This document shows, one piece after another, positions 19,983 through 30,029 of a stretch of DNA of 64,000 nucleotides (positions within the stretch are counted from its first letter, which is position 1; each line of letters starts with the position of its first letter). Origin of the DNA: Spirochaetia bacterium (GTDB lineage Bacteria; Spirochaetota; Spirochaetia; SZUA-6; Bin103). Below the pieces are notes generated by a model, which was not told the origin of the DNA, made no database searches, and saw nothing but the letters and a program-made list of their open reading frames with translations. The stretch spans positions 224,001-288,000 of the forward strand of contig CBDAOI010000001.1 in the NCBI GenBank assembly GCA_965198005.1. The letters are read 5' to 3'. The position numbers were made by a program, and so were the translations under genes.

Positions 19983-21077
19983 CTAAAAGCCCATCTCCCG
20001 CTTCAGGTCCTGGTCCACCCAGAGGTACATGAAGACGGTGCTTCGCTGCATCGCGCCGAGATCGCCTTCCCGGTTGTAGCCCTTGATCCACGGCTGGGTA
20101 ACACCGAACAGGGGAGCAATCGGCCCCCTGATCATCCACAGCTGCTCGGCGACGCGCAAGTCGGCCTTCCGCACCCACTCCTTCTGCTCCTCTATCGTGG
20201 TGGCGGTCAGCACGTTCTCGTAGTACTCGTCGAACACGAGGTCGTTGTTGTCCGAGGGACGCCAGCTATTCTTCGACCAGTATGACGTAAGCGGCGAATA
20301 GGGACTGTTATACTCGGCGGCCCATACGTCGCTCCGCAGACCGAGGTAGGTCTGCTCCGCGGAATTCTGGAGGTGTTCCGCGCGGGCAACTTCCTGGATC
20401 TCGACGTCGATGCCGATCTGCCACAAGGTCGGGGTTGGTCTTCCGAAGATTTGCCGCCGCATCGACACTGGTGAGATGTGAGTTGAGCCCGAACCCAATC
20501 CAGTCCGCCTGTCCCGAGCGCATCAGTGAGGTGATGGCTGTCGGGTCGTTGACGATGATGTACTCGACGGTGTCCGCGTAGGGCAGGCGATTGTCGGGAT
20601 ACTTCGGGTCGAAGCCCCAGTAATCATCGATCCTGGTGTAGGTCCAGGAGCTGCCCTCCACCACGTCGGTCAGCTGGTAGGGCCCCGTTCCGGTCACGTT
20701 GCGCCAGTCTTGGATGTCCCCGAATTGCTCGACCACCTCGCGGGCGACGATGTACCCATGGTCATCCACAAGTATGCGGTTCAGGGCGGTGAGAGCGGGC
20801 TCTTTCAGCTTGAATACCACCGTAGAATCGTCGGTAGCGGTAACCGACTCCCACTGTATTTTGCAGATATCAGATATCAAAGGCCCCCGTGCATTCCGGG
20901 CTCGACTCGCCGCCGTCCACCCCGAAGAGGAGCCGCTGCCCGCTGTAGGCGACATCGTGCGCGGTCAGCTGCCGGCCGTTCACCGGCGCCTTGTCGTGCC
21001 AGAAGACGCCGTCGCGGATCCTGAACACGTAGGTGAGCGGATCCGGGTCCTCCCAGCTCTCGGCCAGTTGTCCGGTG
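19983..21077 (-). pseudogene. SBP4, two large deletions plus frameshifts
   Basis: Signal/N-terminus missing; NPDLV joined to QIGIDV; 7-bp duplication CAGATAT at 20864-20877. Confidence 0.9.
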
Positions 21078-21158
21078 CCCACGGCTCGGCGCGGACGGCG
21101 CCGCCAACGCCGCCTCGGGCGCGCGTGGTGCGATGGGTGTGGATGTCGAAGGGAGGCG

Positions 21159-21275
21159 CTACGTCGGCGGCGGCGCTAATGGCGAACGAGCGATAGATGC
21201 GGCTCGATGATCGCTCCGGAGTTGCCGGGCACTTGGATACTCGGTCACGCCCGGGGGGGGGGGGGTACAGGGCAT
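21159..21275 (-). CDS. Putative leader peptide MPCTPPPPGVTEY.. spanning the C13 tract (21253-21265)
   Basis: ATG 7 nt after TAAGTT; leader homologous to those of SBP1 and SBP2. Confidence 0.35.
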   Translation of the reverse strand: MPCTPPPPGVTEYPSARQLRSDHRAASIARSPLAPPPT

Positions 21276-21507
21276 AAGCGCTAACTTAACTTCGTTCGCG
21301 CACACGCACGAGGCGGCGTGGCGGTGGCGAAAGCTGAAGGATGCCGGCGCCGCGGTGATCGAGCGCGAAGACATCTGGGGCCGACCCGTCGCACCTCGCC
21401 TTGCTGAGTGGGGTGCACGGCCGCCCGCGCGCTGGCGCGTGGCCACCTCCGTGGTCCCAGACGCGCATGCCCGACTGGGAGCCGCATGCAGCCGCAGCGG
21501 GGCTGTC

Positions 21508-22413
21508 TTAGACCGACGTGGCGCCGTCGGCACCCAGACGCCCCCCAGCACCCCTGAGCCTCGGGTCAAGCAGGTCCCTCACCGCATCACCGAACATGTT
21601 TAGACAGTAAACGACAATAGTCAGGCAAAGACCGGGCAAGAGAGCCAGGCGTGGCGCCGCCTCCATATACTTACGCCCTTCCCGGCTGAGCATACCTCCC
21701 CAGCTAGGAAACTCGACTGGCAGACCGAATCCGAGGAAGCTCAGAGAAGCCTCAGAAATAATCACCCCCCCGATGTTGATGCTGAATATGATGATTACGG
21801 GAGCCGCAATATTGGGCAGGACATGTCGGATAAGTGTCCTCCATTTTGAGTTGCCAATCGCCTCCGCCGCCTGAAAATAGACTTTCTCTTTGACACCGAT
21901 AACGGCGCCTCTGACTACTCTTGAGCTGCCGATACCTCCTGATATACCCAGGACCAGTATCATCTGTGGCAGACCCCGCCCCAGTATGGACATTATCGTT
22001 AACAACAGGAGCAGTCCCGGGAAAGCCATCCAGGCATCGACGAATCTCTGCACAGCCAGATCCAATTTACCGCCAAAGAATCCTGAAATGCCGCCTATCA
22101 CGACAGCGATGACAACGTTGAGAGCTGTCGATGCCAGACCGACAACTAACGAAAGACGAGCACCGTGGATAAGGCGGCTCAATAAGTCTCGCCCCACGTA
22201 GTCGGTACCCAGGAGATACCGGGCTGATGGGCCCTGCATCCTGTCTACCAGGTGTATTTCCATATAACGATAAGGAGCCAGAGCATCGGCGAAGATAGCT
22301 ATAAGAATCAATATCAATACGATAATCCCGCAGGCAGTACCCAGTGGCTTCTCCTTCCGCAGCTTGGTAAAGAAATCCGCCAGCCGGCCCCGTCGCTTGG
22401 GCTCGTTATTCAT
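21508..22413 (-). CDS. DppC/OppC-like permease (lower-GC module)
   Basis: 301 aa, full motifs. Confidence 0.95.
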   Translation of the reverse strand: MNNEPKRRGRLADFFTKLRKEKPLGTACGIIVLILILIAIFADALAPYRYMEIHLVDRMQGPSARYLLGTDYVGRDLLSRLIHGARLSLVVGLASTALNVVIAVVIGGISGFFGGKLDLAVQRFVDAWMAFPGLLLLLTIMSILGRGLPQMILVLGISGGIGSSRVVRGAVIGVKEKVYFQAAEAIGNSKWRTLIRHVLPNIAAPVIIIFSINIGGVIISEASLSFLGFGLPVEFPSWGGMLSREGRKYMEAAPRLALLPGLCLTIVVYCLNMFGDAVRDLLDPRLRGAGGRLGADGATSV

Positions 22414-23365
22414 ACCGCACGCTCGGGTCTAAATAAGGATAGATCAGGTCTATTATTAGATTGATCCCCATAACCGCGGTGGCGAAAAACAGGTTTATTC
22501 CGGAGACCACCGGGTAGTCTCTCGCGTTGAGTGCATCTAGCATGAGACGCCCCAACCCCGGCAGGTTAAATATGTTCTCCATGATAACGGAGCCACCTAC
22601 CAGGATGGGCAACTGCATGCCGATCAGGGTAACTACCGGGATGAGCGCATTTTTGACGGCATGTCTCACAATAACTACCCTCTCCTTGAGACCCTTGGAC
22701 CAGGCCGTCCTGATGTAGTCCTGCCGGAGCACCTCCAGCATCATGGTGCGCGTCATCCGCATTGTGGCTGCAGCCGAGGCCGTCCCCAGAATCAGGCTGG
22801 GAATGATGAACATGCTGAGATTCCCCAGTGGGTCTCCCGTGAAAGAAACCAGCTCCATCGGTGGCGACCAGCCCCACCAGATTGCCGGGTAGATCATGAC
22901 CATCAGGGCCAGCCAGAAGTTAGGCGTTGCCAAGCCGATGATGGCGAAGGAGCGCCCCAGGTAGTCAGGGGCGGTATCCTGACGAATCGCCGAGTAGATG
23001 CCGACGGGCAGGGCTATCAAGAGGCCGATCACCACCGCCAGGAGGCCCAGCTCAATGGTTACCGGCAATCTATCTAATATCCTCTCCTCTATCGCATAAC
23101 CGCCAAACAGTGATTCGCCAAGGGTGCCGTGCAGGAAGATGCCTCCTAACCAGCGTCCATACTGTACGTAAACAGGCATGTCTAATCCCAGCACACGCCT
23201 AACAGATTCACGGTCAATCCCTCCGCCGACAAGCCCTTCCATCCTTATCTCCATTACGTTTATTACGTCGCCGGGGATGAAGCGGACCGAGAGAAAGACC
23301 AGGATGCTCAGGATGAACAGGGTGGGGATGATCAGCAACAACCGCCTGATGATATAGGCTTTCAC
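22406..23365 (-). CDS. DppB/OppB-like permease (lower-GC module)
   Basis: 319 aa, GTG start. Confidence 0.95.
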   Translation of the reverse strand: MKAYIIRRLLLIIPTLFILSILVFLSVRFIPGDVINVMEIRMEGLVGGGIDRESVRRVLGLDMPVYVQYGRWLGGIFLHGTLGESLFGGYAIEERILDRLPVTIELGLLAVVIGLLIALPVGIYSAIRQDTAPDYLGRSFAIIGLATPNFWLALMVMIYPAIWWGWSPPMELVSFTGDPLGNLSMFIIPSLILGTASAAATMRMTRTMMLEVLRQDYIRTAWSKGLKERVVIVRHAVKNALIPVVTLIGMQLPILVGGSVIMENIFNLPGLGRLMLDALNARDYPVVSGINLFFATAVMGINLIIDLIYPYLDPSVRYE

Positions 23366-23389
23366 GGGGACACCTTATTCAATGAGTGA

Positions 23390-23430
23390 GGGGCTGGGAG
23401 GCGCGCTCCGAACGCAACCTCCCAGCCCCC
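23390..23430. terminator. Strong intergenic hairpin between SBP5 and permease (mRNA stabiliser or attenuator)
   Basis: GGGGCTGGGAGG..CCTCCCAGCCCC inverted repeat. Confidence 0.6.
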
Positions 23431-23460
23431 TTTCCACGTAGGTCAGAAGGGGTGACCTCC

Positions 23461-25314
23461 CTAGTGACCCATTGCTTCCTTCAGCTCCTGGTCAATCCAA
23501 AGGTGGACGAGGACGTCACGAACGCCCGACTCTTCCAGCATCATTTCACCGTTAAAACCTTTGACCCATGGCTGGTTCGCCTGAAACAGTGGAGCCATAG
23601 GACCCCATATCTGATTGTGCTGCTTTATTAGGAGCATATCATACTCTTTAAATGCCTTGAGCTGCTCCTCATGGGTGGTAGCGGCGAAAAAGGCATCATA
23701 GGCGGCGGTCAGCTCAGGGGTCTCGATTCCGCCCGAGTAATCGCGAAGTAACTGGATTGACCCTCGATAAAAGCCTACCCATATGGATGGTAATATATGT
23801 TGGGCCATGTCGCCAGTGCTCATGTCCCAACGAAGTAGGTCTTCCTGGGGGACATCCTCGGTACGCGCGCCCACACCCCTGCGCTCGAACGCCCAACCTT
23901 GCGTGTCATATATCTCAATCTTTACACCAACGCCAATCTCCTCCCAGTAACCGACAGCTATTTCTCTATAGCCTAAATCTATGATGTCGCGGTGGTCATA
24001 GTCGACCTTGAATCGAACGCCGTCCGCGCCCCGCGGATATCCAGCCTCATCAAGCAGCTTCTCGGCAGCTTCCGGGTCATAGGTATAGTATTGCTTGAGC
24101 TCTTCGGGATAGTCTTCAAATGTGGTGACATATGGCTTGACGGCAATCCCCCCCATAGGTTCCCACCTTGCATAACCGCCGAAGTAGGTATTGTTAATCG
24201 TTTCGAGGTCCAGTGCCATCTGCAATGCGTGGCGCACCCTGATGTCGTCAAACGGCGGCTTGCGAATGTTCAGAGTAAAGGCGTTAAACGACCGCTGGAA
24301 ATATGGCCATATCTCGATTTCGGGGTTCGTCCGCTGGAGGCTCCCTACCACGTCGAGGGAATTTATAGCGGCGCCGCCGCCGGCTTGACTTATTATGTCA
24401 ACCTTACCCGTGCGTAGTGCCGACAGACGTGTTGCTTCTTCGGGCATAAGCAGGGCCCTCATCTTGTCAATATAGGGCAAGCGGTTCTCCGGGTATTTTG
24501 GGTCGTAGCCCCAGTAGTCAGGATTCTTGTCCCAGGTGATAGAGACGCCTTCGACATAGTCCGTCAGTATAAGGGGCCCGGTGCCGACCACGTTCTTCCA
24601 TTCCTCATAGTTGCCGTATTTCTCGATTACCTCGGGGGGTAATATCCACTGCATACCTTCGCCGATGATAACTCTTAGCGCATTGAGGGATGGCTCCGTC
24701 AGCTTGATAACAACCGTATATTTTTCGGTGGCCTCGATCGATTGCCAGGGCAGGTCGATCGCTGCGTAACTCATGAGCGGACGTTCGGTGAAGTCGCCCA
24801 GAGCGTTATTACGCTGATAGGTATATACGACATCATCGGCTGTGAGTTCCCGCCCGTTTACTAAGCGGCTGGCCTCACTGTCTTGATCAAGGGCGTAGTG
24901 AACACCCTGACGGATGTGGAAGATGTAAGTCAGTGGGTCGGGACTTTCCCAGCTTTCAGCCAGACGTCCTACGTAGGCAAACATAGGCAAGTAAGTGTTT
25001 CTAAAGTCACTTACCTTCCTATCTATTCCCCAGTCCGCCCAGGCGAGATGCTCATTAACCGAGCCGATTAGGTGTTGAGCCGCGCCGCCAGCTTGAAACG
25101 GGTCAGTAGTCTCCCCAACAAGTGTGTGGGGATAGGTCAATGTGCCGCCGTATTCTGGCGCGGTCACCGCCTTGCCGGTCGTGGGGTCGGTCACGTACTT
25201 CTTGTCGGCGGCTACTGCCGGCTCCTCTTCAGCGCCGCCGGCCCATAGGCCGGTTGCGGTCAGGACGAGGACCAACGCAACCGCGAAGGTCTTCGTCATT
25301 CGTACAATATTCAT
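23461..25314 (-). CDS. ABC solute-binding protein family 5, SBP5
   Basis: Family motifs; start placed at the ATG following GGAG, before signal peptide MTKTFAVALVLVLTATGLWAGG. Confidence 0.92.
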   Translation of the reverse strand: MNIVRMTKTFAVALVLVLTATGLWAGGAEEEPAVAADKKYVTDPTTGKAVTAPEYGGTLTYPHTLVGETTDPFQAGGAAQHLIGSVNEHLAWADWGIDRKVSDFRNTYLPMFAYVGRLAESWESPDPLTYIFHIRQGVHYALDQDSEASRLVNGRELTADDVVYTYQRNNALGDFTERPLMSYAAIDLPWQSIEATEKYTVVIKLTEPSLNALRVIIGEGMQWILPPEVIEKYGNYEEWKNVVGTGPLILTDYVEGVSITWDKNPDYWGYDPKYPENRLPYIDKMRALLMPEEATRLSALRTGKVDIISQAGGGAAINSLDVVGSLQRTNPEIEIWPYFQRSFNAFTLNIRKPPFDDIRVRHALQMALDLETINNTYFGGYARWEPMGGIAVKPYVTTFEDYPEELKQYYTYDPEAAEKLLDEAGYPRGADGVRFKVDYDHRDIIDLGYREIAVGYWEEIGVGVKIEIYDTQGWAFERRGVGARTEDVPQEDLLRWDMSTGDMAQHILPSIWVGFYRGSIQLLRDYSGGIETPELTAAYDAFFAATTHEEQLKAFKEYDMLLIKQHNQIWGPMAPLFQANQPWVKGFNGEMMLEESGVRDVLVHLWIDQELKEAMGH

Positions 25315-25800
25315 AACGAACTCCATAGAGTAGTTTTTTGAGAGTATTGCGTAGCGGATTACCGCTCCCTGGCTACTCTCGGGCCCGCAACGCGGACGGC
25401 CAGTCTGAGTCAGATTCACTAAGCGCGCGGGGTGTGACTCTACGGGCTCACGCCGCGCGCGCGTGCGGTTCTTTGAGTATCATTCGAACCTCCTTCTTCT
25501 CTAGATCTACGTCGGGATCTGCGTTACAACCCCACGCGGGGCGGTGGCCGGCGAAGCAGCGAGTCTGAATGGCCGGCAACGCCGGCGGTGAGTTTTGCCG
25601 GCAGTCAGTCGCAGGCGGGGATCCGGGACGGTTGCGATCGCCGGGAAGGGCGTGGCCGGTCCGCATGCCGGTTTGGCGATGGGCCGAGCCGGCGCAACCG
25701 ATAGCTATAGCTACGGCGGTGGTGAAGGCGCCCGCGTGCGCGGGGTCCCGTACGCGGCGATCAGCCGGAGCGGTTAGTTGTTTGTCGGTTCGAAAAAAGT

Positions 25801-25813
25801 GGGGGGGGGGGGG
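25801..25813 (-). repeat. Poly-C tract (C13) in SBP5 leader
   Basis: 13 G on the + strand. Confidence 0.9.
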
Positions 25814-25826
25814 ATGCACCGGCTGT

Positions 25827-26415
25827 GTCACTGCCAACCGACCACTGCGCTGACTGTCATCATGGCGCTTCATCGGCATCCGTTCGATCCCCGAACTCCC
25901 TATCGTCACAGGCTCGCCTGACCATGTCAAGCGCGGACTCCGGCCTTTCCGGCCGCCCGCCAGCGTAGCCGCCACCGGAGGTGGTGACGTTGCGGTCACC
26001 GCCAACGGGCGACTGCGCTGACTGTCATCATGGCGCGTCATCATCGATCCGTCGAACCCCAGGCGAGGCCAGCTTGCTACGGACGCGGCCACCCTGTCAA
26101 CGACTCGGAGGTCAACGAACGTCACTGCCAACGGGCGACTGCGCTGACTGTCATCATGGCGCGTCATCATCGATCCGTCGAACCCCAAGCGAGGCCAGCT
26201 TGCTACGGACGCGGCCACCCTGTCAACGACTCGGAGGTCACCGACCGTGACCGCCAGCCGGTCACTGCGCTGGTCGTCGCGGCGTTTCGCGTCGGACCCC
26301 AAGCGAGGCGAGCTTGCTATGGACGCGGGCACCCTGTCAACGACTCGGAGGTCACCGACCGTGACCGCCAGCCGGTCACTGCGCTGACTGTCTTGATGGC
26401 GCTCCATCCGCATCT
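25827..26415. repeat. Degenerate tandem repeat, units of 168, 126, 126, 114 nt plus a partial unit
   Basis: Units begin GT(C/G)AC(T/C)GCCA at 25827, 25995, 26121, 26247, 26361. Confidence 0.9.
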
Positions 26416-26627
26416 GATCAACCCGAATCAACATGTTCCACGGGCGACTCAGAAAAGTCAACAGCGCCCTTTGAACTGCTGGGCATCCATTCGGACGGTG
26501 GTGGGGAGTTCATCAACGCCCATCTGCTGCCACATCTGTGACGTCGCAGCAGTGGCGCGCACCAGCGGGAGGGTCGGGAGCTCCACGAAGTCATCAGGGC
26601 CTGCGGGGAGCACCGCAGTAGATTAGG

Positions 26628-26757
26628 TTAGCGGGGTGCGCTGGAAGTCGCTTTCCGCCATCGGCCGGCCGTCGGATGAGGGGTAGTGGACCTTGGCAGG
26701 AGCGAGCAGCGGGCTGGCCATGGGCTATCCTCCATTCCACCATAGCATACCACAGGT
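26628..26757 (-). pseudogene. Uma2 5' stub with its promoter and RBS
   Basis: Near-identical to about 8365-8495. Confidence 0.85.
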
Positions 26758-26789
26758 CAACTGTCGAGCGCACCCCAAGCGACACCGGC

Positions 26790-27203
26790 AGCACCGCCGC
26801 CGCGGAGCCGCGGGTCGAGCAGGGCGCGTAGGACATCCCCGGATCGATTGGGCTGATCGCGCTTGACTGCGGGCCATCGTCGCCGAAGAGGTCGCCACCG
26901 CCATCGGCCGGCCGTCGGTGTACTGCCGACCCTCACGGCTCAGCATCGTGCCCCAACTCGGCACGTCCGGCGGCAGCCCGAACCCCAGAAAGCGATCGGA
27001 TCTCTTCAATCGTTGTCTCACACACGACAGTGTCGACCTCCTCCGCCGTCCTCAGCCTTTGAGGCAGCGAAGAGCAGGTTGATCCCAGAACGGGTAGTCG
27101 CGATCGATCAGGGCACCGATCATCAGCCGTCCCAGCCCGGGGATGGCGAACATCTGCTCCATGATCACCGCGCCGCCGACGATGATCGGTAGCTGCAGAC
27201 CCA
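26790..27203 (-). pseudogene. String of micro-fragments: dppB 3' end, dppC middle, dppC tail
   Basis: IIVGGAVIMEQMFAIPGLGRLMI; FLGFGLPPDVPSWGTMLSREGRQY; LLDPRLRGG. Confidence 0.8.
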
Positions 27204-27274
27204 CTAATTTAATTTCTTGATCTCACGACGCGCGTGATGTTACTTTGTTACAAAGATACGTTGGAGGTGGCGTG

Positions 27275-27850
27275 ATGCCAGTCATTCGCATTTCGGCGCA
27301 AGCGCTGGAGCGCCTCAAGGAGTGGGCGGAACCGCTCACGGACACCGCGGAGTCGGCTCTCGTCAAGGTTCTGGACGCCGCCGGCCATGAATCCTCGCCG
27401 GCTGCGGACCGGGGCACGGCTGCCCCCGATCGACGGGCAACGCGACCGCGCAGCGGAAACCGCCTTAGCCTGGAGGAGCTCCGTCAACCGCTCATGGAGA
27501 CCATCTACGAGATGGGCGGTTCGGTCCGCGCCGGCGCGTTGCGTCCCGTCATGAGGGAGCGCTTGTCCGGCCGTCTTTCTTCTGATGACCTCGAGTCGCT
27601 CTCATCAGGCGAGGAACGATGGTGGAACGCCACTCGATGGGAGCGCCGCCAGTTGGTGGAGGAGGGCTTGCTGCGGAGTGATTCGGAGCGCGGCACGTGG
27701 GAGCTCTCTGAGAAGGGAGCGAGCCTCGTCGAAACGTCGTTCGAGAAGATGCCGGCGAGCTTCATCGATCATCTCCTTGCGCTGCCTGACGTAGGCGACG
27801 ATGCCGACTTCGACCAGCCGCGTTCGGGGCCGCGACCGGTTGAACCGTGA
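27275..27850 (+). CDS. Antitoxin-like protein: DNA-binding N-terminus, Mrr N-terminal-like winged helix, VapB-like tail
   Basis: SGEERWWNATRWER..LVEEGLL..RGTWELSEKG; tail SFIDHLLALPD..F..PR; GTGA overlap with PIN gene. Confidence 0.7.
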   Translation: MPVIRISAQALERLKEWAEPLTDTAESALVKVLDAAGHESSPAADRGTAAPDRRATRPRSGNRLSLEELRQPLMETIYEMGGSVRAGALRPVMRERLSGRLSSDDLESLSSGEERWWNATRWERRQLVEEGLLRSDSERGTWELSEKGASLVETSFEKMPASFIDHLLALPDVGDDADFDQPRSGPRPVEP

Positions 27851-28275
27851 AGTATCTCCTCGACACGAATGTGGTTTCCGAGCTGCGCAAGCGTGATCGC
27901 GCCAACCAGTTCGTCACCACTTGGTTTCGGGAGCGCAAACCCAGGGAACTGTTCCTGAGCGTCCTGACATTGGGGGAACTGCGGCGCGGTGCCGAACGTG
28001 TAGCCCGCCGCGACCCGCGCTCCGCCGTCGCTTTGCGCGCCTGGCTGGACCAAACCCGTACCCGGTTCCGGGAGCGTATCGTGAACGTGGATGGCACGGT
28101 GGCGGATCAATGGGGGCGGCTCGGCATTGTCGATCCCCTGCCGGACATCGACAGCCTCCTCGCCGCCACCGCACTGGTGCACGGAATGACCGTCGTGACG
28201 CGAAATGTCCGTCACATCGCTCCAACCGGAGCACCGCATTTCAACCCGTTCGAACCCACAACAGATCCCGACTAG
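27847..28275 (+). CDS. vapC: VapC-family PIN toxin
   Basis: YLLDTNVVSEL, LSVLTLGELRRG, DSLLAATA..VVTRN, NPF. Confidence 0.92.
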   Translation: MKYLLDTNVVSELRKRDRANQFVTTWFRERKPRELFLSVLTLGELRRGAERVARRDPRSAVALRAWLDQTRTRFRERIVNVDGTVADQWGRLGIVDPLPDIDSLLAATALVHGMTVVTRNVRHIAPTGAPHFNPFEPTTDPD

Positions 28276-28394
28276 ACTAGACTAGACTATGGGGCGCGTT
28301 CGAACCGGCCCAGCGGACGAACCCTGTGCGCCGATGGCAATCAAGCCTCCAACCCGCGACAGCGCAACTTCCTCGGAGTGGAGTCCATGTACTC

Positions 28395-28470
28395 GTTTGA
28401 CGGGCAAACTGTTGTATGTCGGCGGCGTGCCGGCGCAGCAGCTCGGCGACATCTTCGGTAGTGCAATTGG
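28395..28470 (-). pseudogene. DUF5615 PIN-like C-terminal fragment
   Basis: NCTTEDVAELLRRHAADIQQF. Confidence 0.5.
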
Positions 28471-28519
28471 TTAGGGAAGGGGGGACATGTACTCCGTAGC
28501 TTCGAGAGAAGGGGAGGGC

Positions 28520-29507
28520 TCAGCGCGATCGTTCCAGCTTCTGCAGCGCCTTCGTTGCGCGCTCGGCGGCGCGCGCGCCTACCCCGCCGCCGCCGGCCGC
28601 CGCCGCCGCCGCCGCCGCGCAGCCGCGGGTCCAGCAGGTCGCGCAGCGCGTCGCCCACCATGTTCAGGCAGTACACCACCAACGTCAGCGCCACCCCCGG
28701 CCACATCGCCAGCCGCGGCGCCATCTCCATGTACTGGCGCCCCTCCCGGCTCAGCATCGTGCCCCAGCTCGGCACGTCCGGCGGCAGCCCGAACCCCAGA
28801 AAGCTCAAAGACGCTCCGCGATGATCGCCCAGCCGATCGTGATCGAGTAGATGATGATGATCGGCGCCGTGATGTTCGGCCACACGTGGCGCAGCAGCGT
28901 CCGCCACGACGGGCTGCCGATCGCATGCGCCGCCTCGAAGTACGGGTTGCCCTTGATGCCGATCACCGCCCCCCGCACCACCCGCGAGTTGGCCACCCCG
29001 GAGGCCAGCCCCAGCATGCCGATGATCTGCGGGATGCCCTGGCCGATTATGGTCATGATCGTCAGCAGCAGCAGCAGGCCCGGGAACGACATCCAGGCGT
29101 CCACCAAGCGCTGCACCGCCAGGTCGAGCTTGCCGCCCACGAACCCCGCCACCCCGCCGATCAGCAGCGACACCACCACGCTCAGAGTGGTGGCGGCGAA
29201 CCCCACCGCGAGCGACACCCGCGCCCCGTACAGCAGGCGGCTGAAGAGGTCGCGGCCGATGTGGTCGGTGCCCAGCGGGTAGGTGCTCGACGGCCCCTTG
29301 AGCCTGTCGATCATGGTCATGTCCATGAAGTGGAACGGCGCCAGCAGGTCGGCGAAGATCGCGACCAGGCACAGCAGCAGCACGATCGCGCCGCTGACCG
29401 CGCCCACCGGCCGCTCCCTGACCAGCCGGCGCAGCAGGTCGCGCAGAAACGACTGGCCCTTCGCCCCCTTCGGCCGGTAGCGCCTGCGGCGCGGTCAGGT
29501 CACCCAT
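28520..29507 (-). pseudogene. DppC-like permease with frameshifts
   Basis: Near-identical to 10703-11690; additional shifts near 28812 and in the GC-rich tail. Confidence 0.9.
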
Positions 29508-29675
29508 AACGGCTCCCGGTCCGAAAGTGCCGGCCGCCGTGCCCGGCCGCGTGCGTCGTTGTCATCGTCGTCCGTGTCACGGAGTAACCGTGCCCTGGTC
29601 CGAAGGTGCCGGCCAGCGGGCAACGCAAGTGTTTCGATTTCATCGTCTTCCATGTCACGCAGCGACCGTGTCCCC

Positions 29676-29827
29676 TCACCCGTACTGGACGCGAGGGTCC
29701 AGGTAGGCGTACAGCACGTCGACCAGCAGGTTGATGACCATGACCGCGACGGCGAAAAACAGATTGATGCCTGAGATGATCGGGTAGTCGCGATCGAACA
29801 GGGCGTCGATCATCAGCCGTCCCAGCC
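29676..29827 (-). pseudogene. DppB 3' fragment
   Basis: LGRLMIDALFDRDYP..LDPRVQYG. Confidence 0.9.
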
Positions 29828-30020
29828 GCTTGTCGGGGTGGACGATGGCGGTCTGCAGGATGTCGTGGTGGTAGCGTACGGTGCCGTTCTTGGTGGCGGT
29901 CAGACAGCACTCACAGTTCACCTGGTACGAGCTGAAGTACTGGGAGCCGTCCATGGTGATGAGGTAGCGACCGTCGAGGAACTGGTAGTGCTGCAGCCAT
30001 TTGGTGTACTGCATGCGCTG
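29828..30020 (-). mobile_element. DDE transposase internal fragment
   Basis: YLITMDGSQYFSS..CECC..YHH.ILQ..IVHPD resembles the first catalytic-Asp region of a DDE transposase; family not resolved. Confidence 0.65.
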
Positions 30021-30029
30021 GGTCCAGCG

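Noticed and set aside
25827-26415. CRISPR array
   Set aside because: Units are similar along their whole length, there are no unique spacers and no cas genes
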